Assembly (NCBI GenBank): GCA_038087875.1 | Contig: JAXLNO010002470.1 | Location: 1 to 64,000, forward strand | Length of the DNA: 64,000 bases | Direction of reading: 5' to 3' | Source of the DNA: Malacoraja senta | Taxonomy: Eukaryota | Shown: positions 62,926 through 64,000 of the stretch, piece by piece | Numbering within the stretch: the stretch's first letter is position 1 | Layout: every line of letters begins with the position of its first letter | Notes under the pieces: model-generated | Told to the model about the DNA's origin: nothing | The model's database searches: none | What the model saw: the letters and a program-made list of their open reading frames with translations, nothing else | Program-made: the position numbers and the translations under genes

Positions 62926-63665
62926 TTGTACAAAAATTCAAACATTTTGGATTGAAATTTTTGAAATCTTTACAAAATTATTTAAAATAAAACTGATACC
63001 AAAAGCAGAATGGATTATCTTCGGATCAACGGAAGATAGTCCTGAACTAAATGTGTTTCAAAAGAAATTAATAGTTTATGGGTTAATAACCGGAAAAAAG
63101 TTAATCCTAAAATTCTGGAAAAACGCTCCAATACCAACTATAAACATGTGGATTTCAAATATGTTCGAAACATTACACCTAGAAGAGATAAGACGCCTCC
63201 TGGCAGGTAAACCAGATCACTTCCACCTGACGTGGTCTGCATTCATAGAATTATTACAAGCATAGGGTGCAAAAGTACTAAAAAAAACAAAAAAACTGAG
63301 GTCAGGTAAAGGGGGATGAAAGCTGGAGAGTTGGTATATCCCATTTGCGTGATGCGTATAACAAAGGATTTGTTTTTCTCTTTTTCCTCTTTTTCTTTTT
63401 TCTTCTTCTTTAGGGTCTATCTCTTAATCCCTTCTTTTTAATTTCTTTCGTACAGGGTCTCTGTTCTTTCTTGTTGTCACGTTTTTACACCTTCCCTATT
63501 TTCCTTCACTTTCTCTTTTTTCTTAATCTCAACCTTTCCTTTTTATTAGTGTAAAAAATGACGGAGTACATTAATTGTAATAAGATATACGTGATGAGTA
63601 CTAATGTAATCGGTTGTAATGTAATGTACTTCTAATAAATAAAAAAAATTAAAAATAATTAAAAA
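62926..63665 (+). mobile_element. 5'-truncated L1 (family B, 740 bp), right arm only, 11-bp TSD
   Basis: AGCATATTGGC at 62915-62925 and 63666-63676, ORF2 C-terminus (..TWSAFIELLQA*), 3' UTR and A-rich tail. Absent at ~19340. Confidence 0.9.
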
Positions 63666-64000
63666 AGCATATTGGCGTTCAAAGTAGGTTACTATTGTAA
63701 ATATGGTACATGATGTTGCTAAGGACATATCAGGAGCACTCTGCACAGCTTGGTCCTCAAATTTAAGAAAGGATATATTAATATTGGATATCAGCTAGAA
63801 GAGATTTCTGGAATAAGCAAGTGTTGCCTAACCATGAATGGCTGAAATCACTGGTTCTGTGTCCCTTGGAGATGACAAGAAACAGAGTTAACCTTATGAA
63901 TGTATTAAAGAGGCATGATGTGGTGGTGAATTGATAGATAATGCGTGGATATATTCTAAAAGAACAGGGAATTGTGTCTTATGTGGAATAAGTACAGTAA

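Larger units (their letters stand above)
39284..64000 (-). repeat. right arm of large inverted duplication (runs off the window end)
   Basis: Reverse complement of ~19018-38745 plus three arm-specific L1 insertions. Confidence 0.95.

Overview
Repeat-rich vertebrate DNA, most likely from a cartilaginous fish (skate/ray), inferred from its HE1/V-SINE, CR1, Rex1/Babar and Penelope-derived repeats and a GPR139-like receptor gene. The window has five N gaps. Positions 1-19 kb hold the 3' half of an MHC class I-like heavy-chain gene: an alpha3-type C1 exon at 4791-5057, a TM exon at 7746-7853, and a candidate last exon at 18791-18831 encoding a YQNI endosomal-sorting motif. A decayed antisense L1 lies in its last intron. 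From about 19 kb to the end, the window is one giant inverted duplication: left arm ~19018-38745, right arm 39284 to beyond 64000, about 3% diverged by eye. Its axis is a (CT)n tract plus an exactly 200-N gap, so a haplotype or scaffolding artefact must be excluded. Each arm carries a hAT MITE, a chimeric Gmr1-type (PR-IN-RT-RH) Gypsy element without a TSD, a 27-bp minisatellite, and a two-exon GPR139-like pseudogene. The two pseudogenes lie tail-to-tail across the axis, each followed by three MHC X1/X2-box-like motifs and CCAAT boxes. Five retroelement insertions (CR1, L2, three L1) are arm-specific, and their empty sites are visible in the opposite arm.
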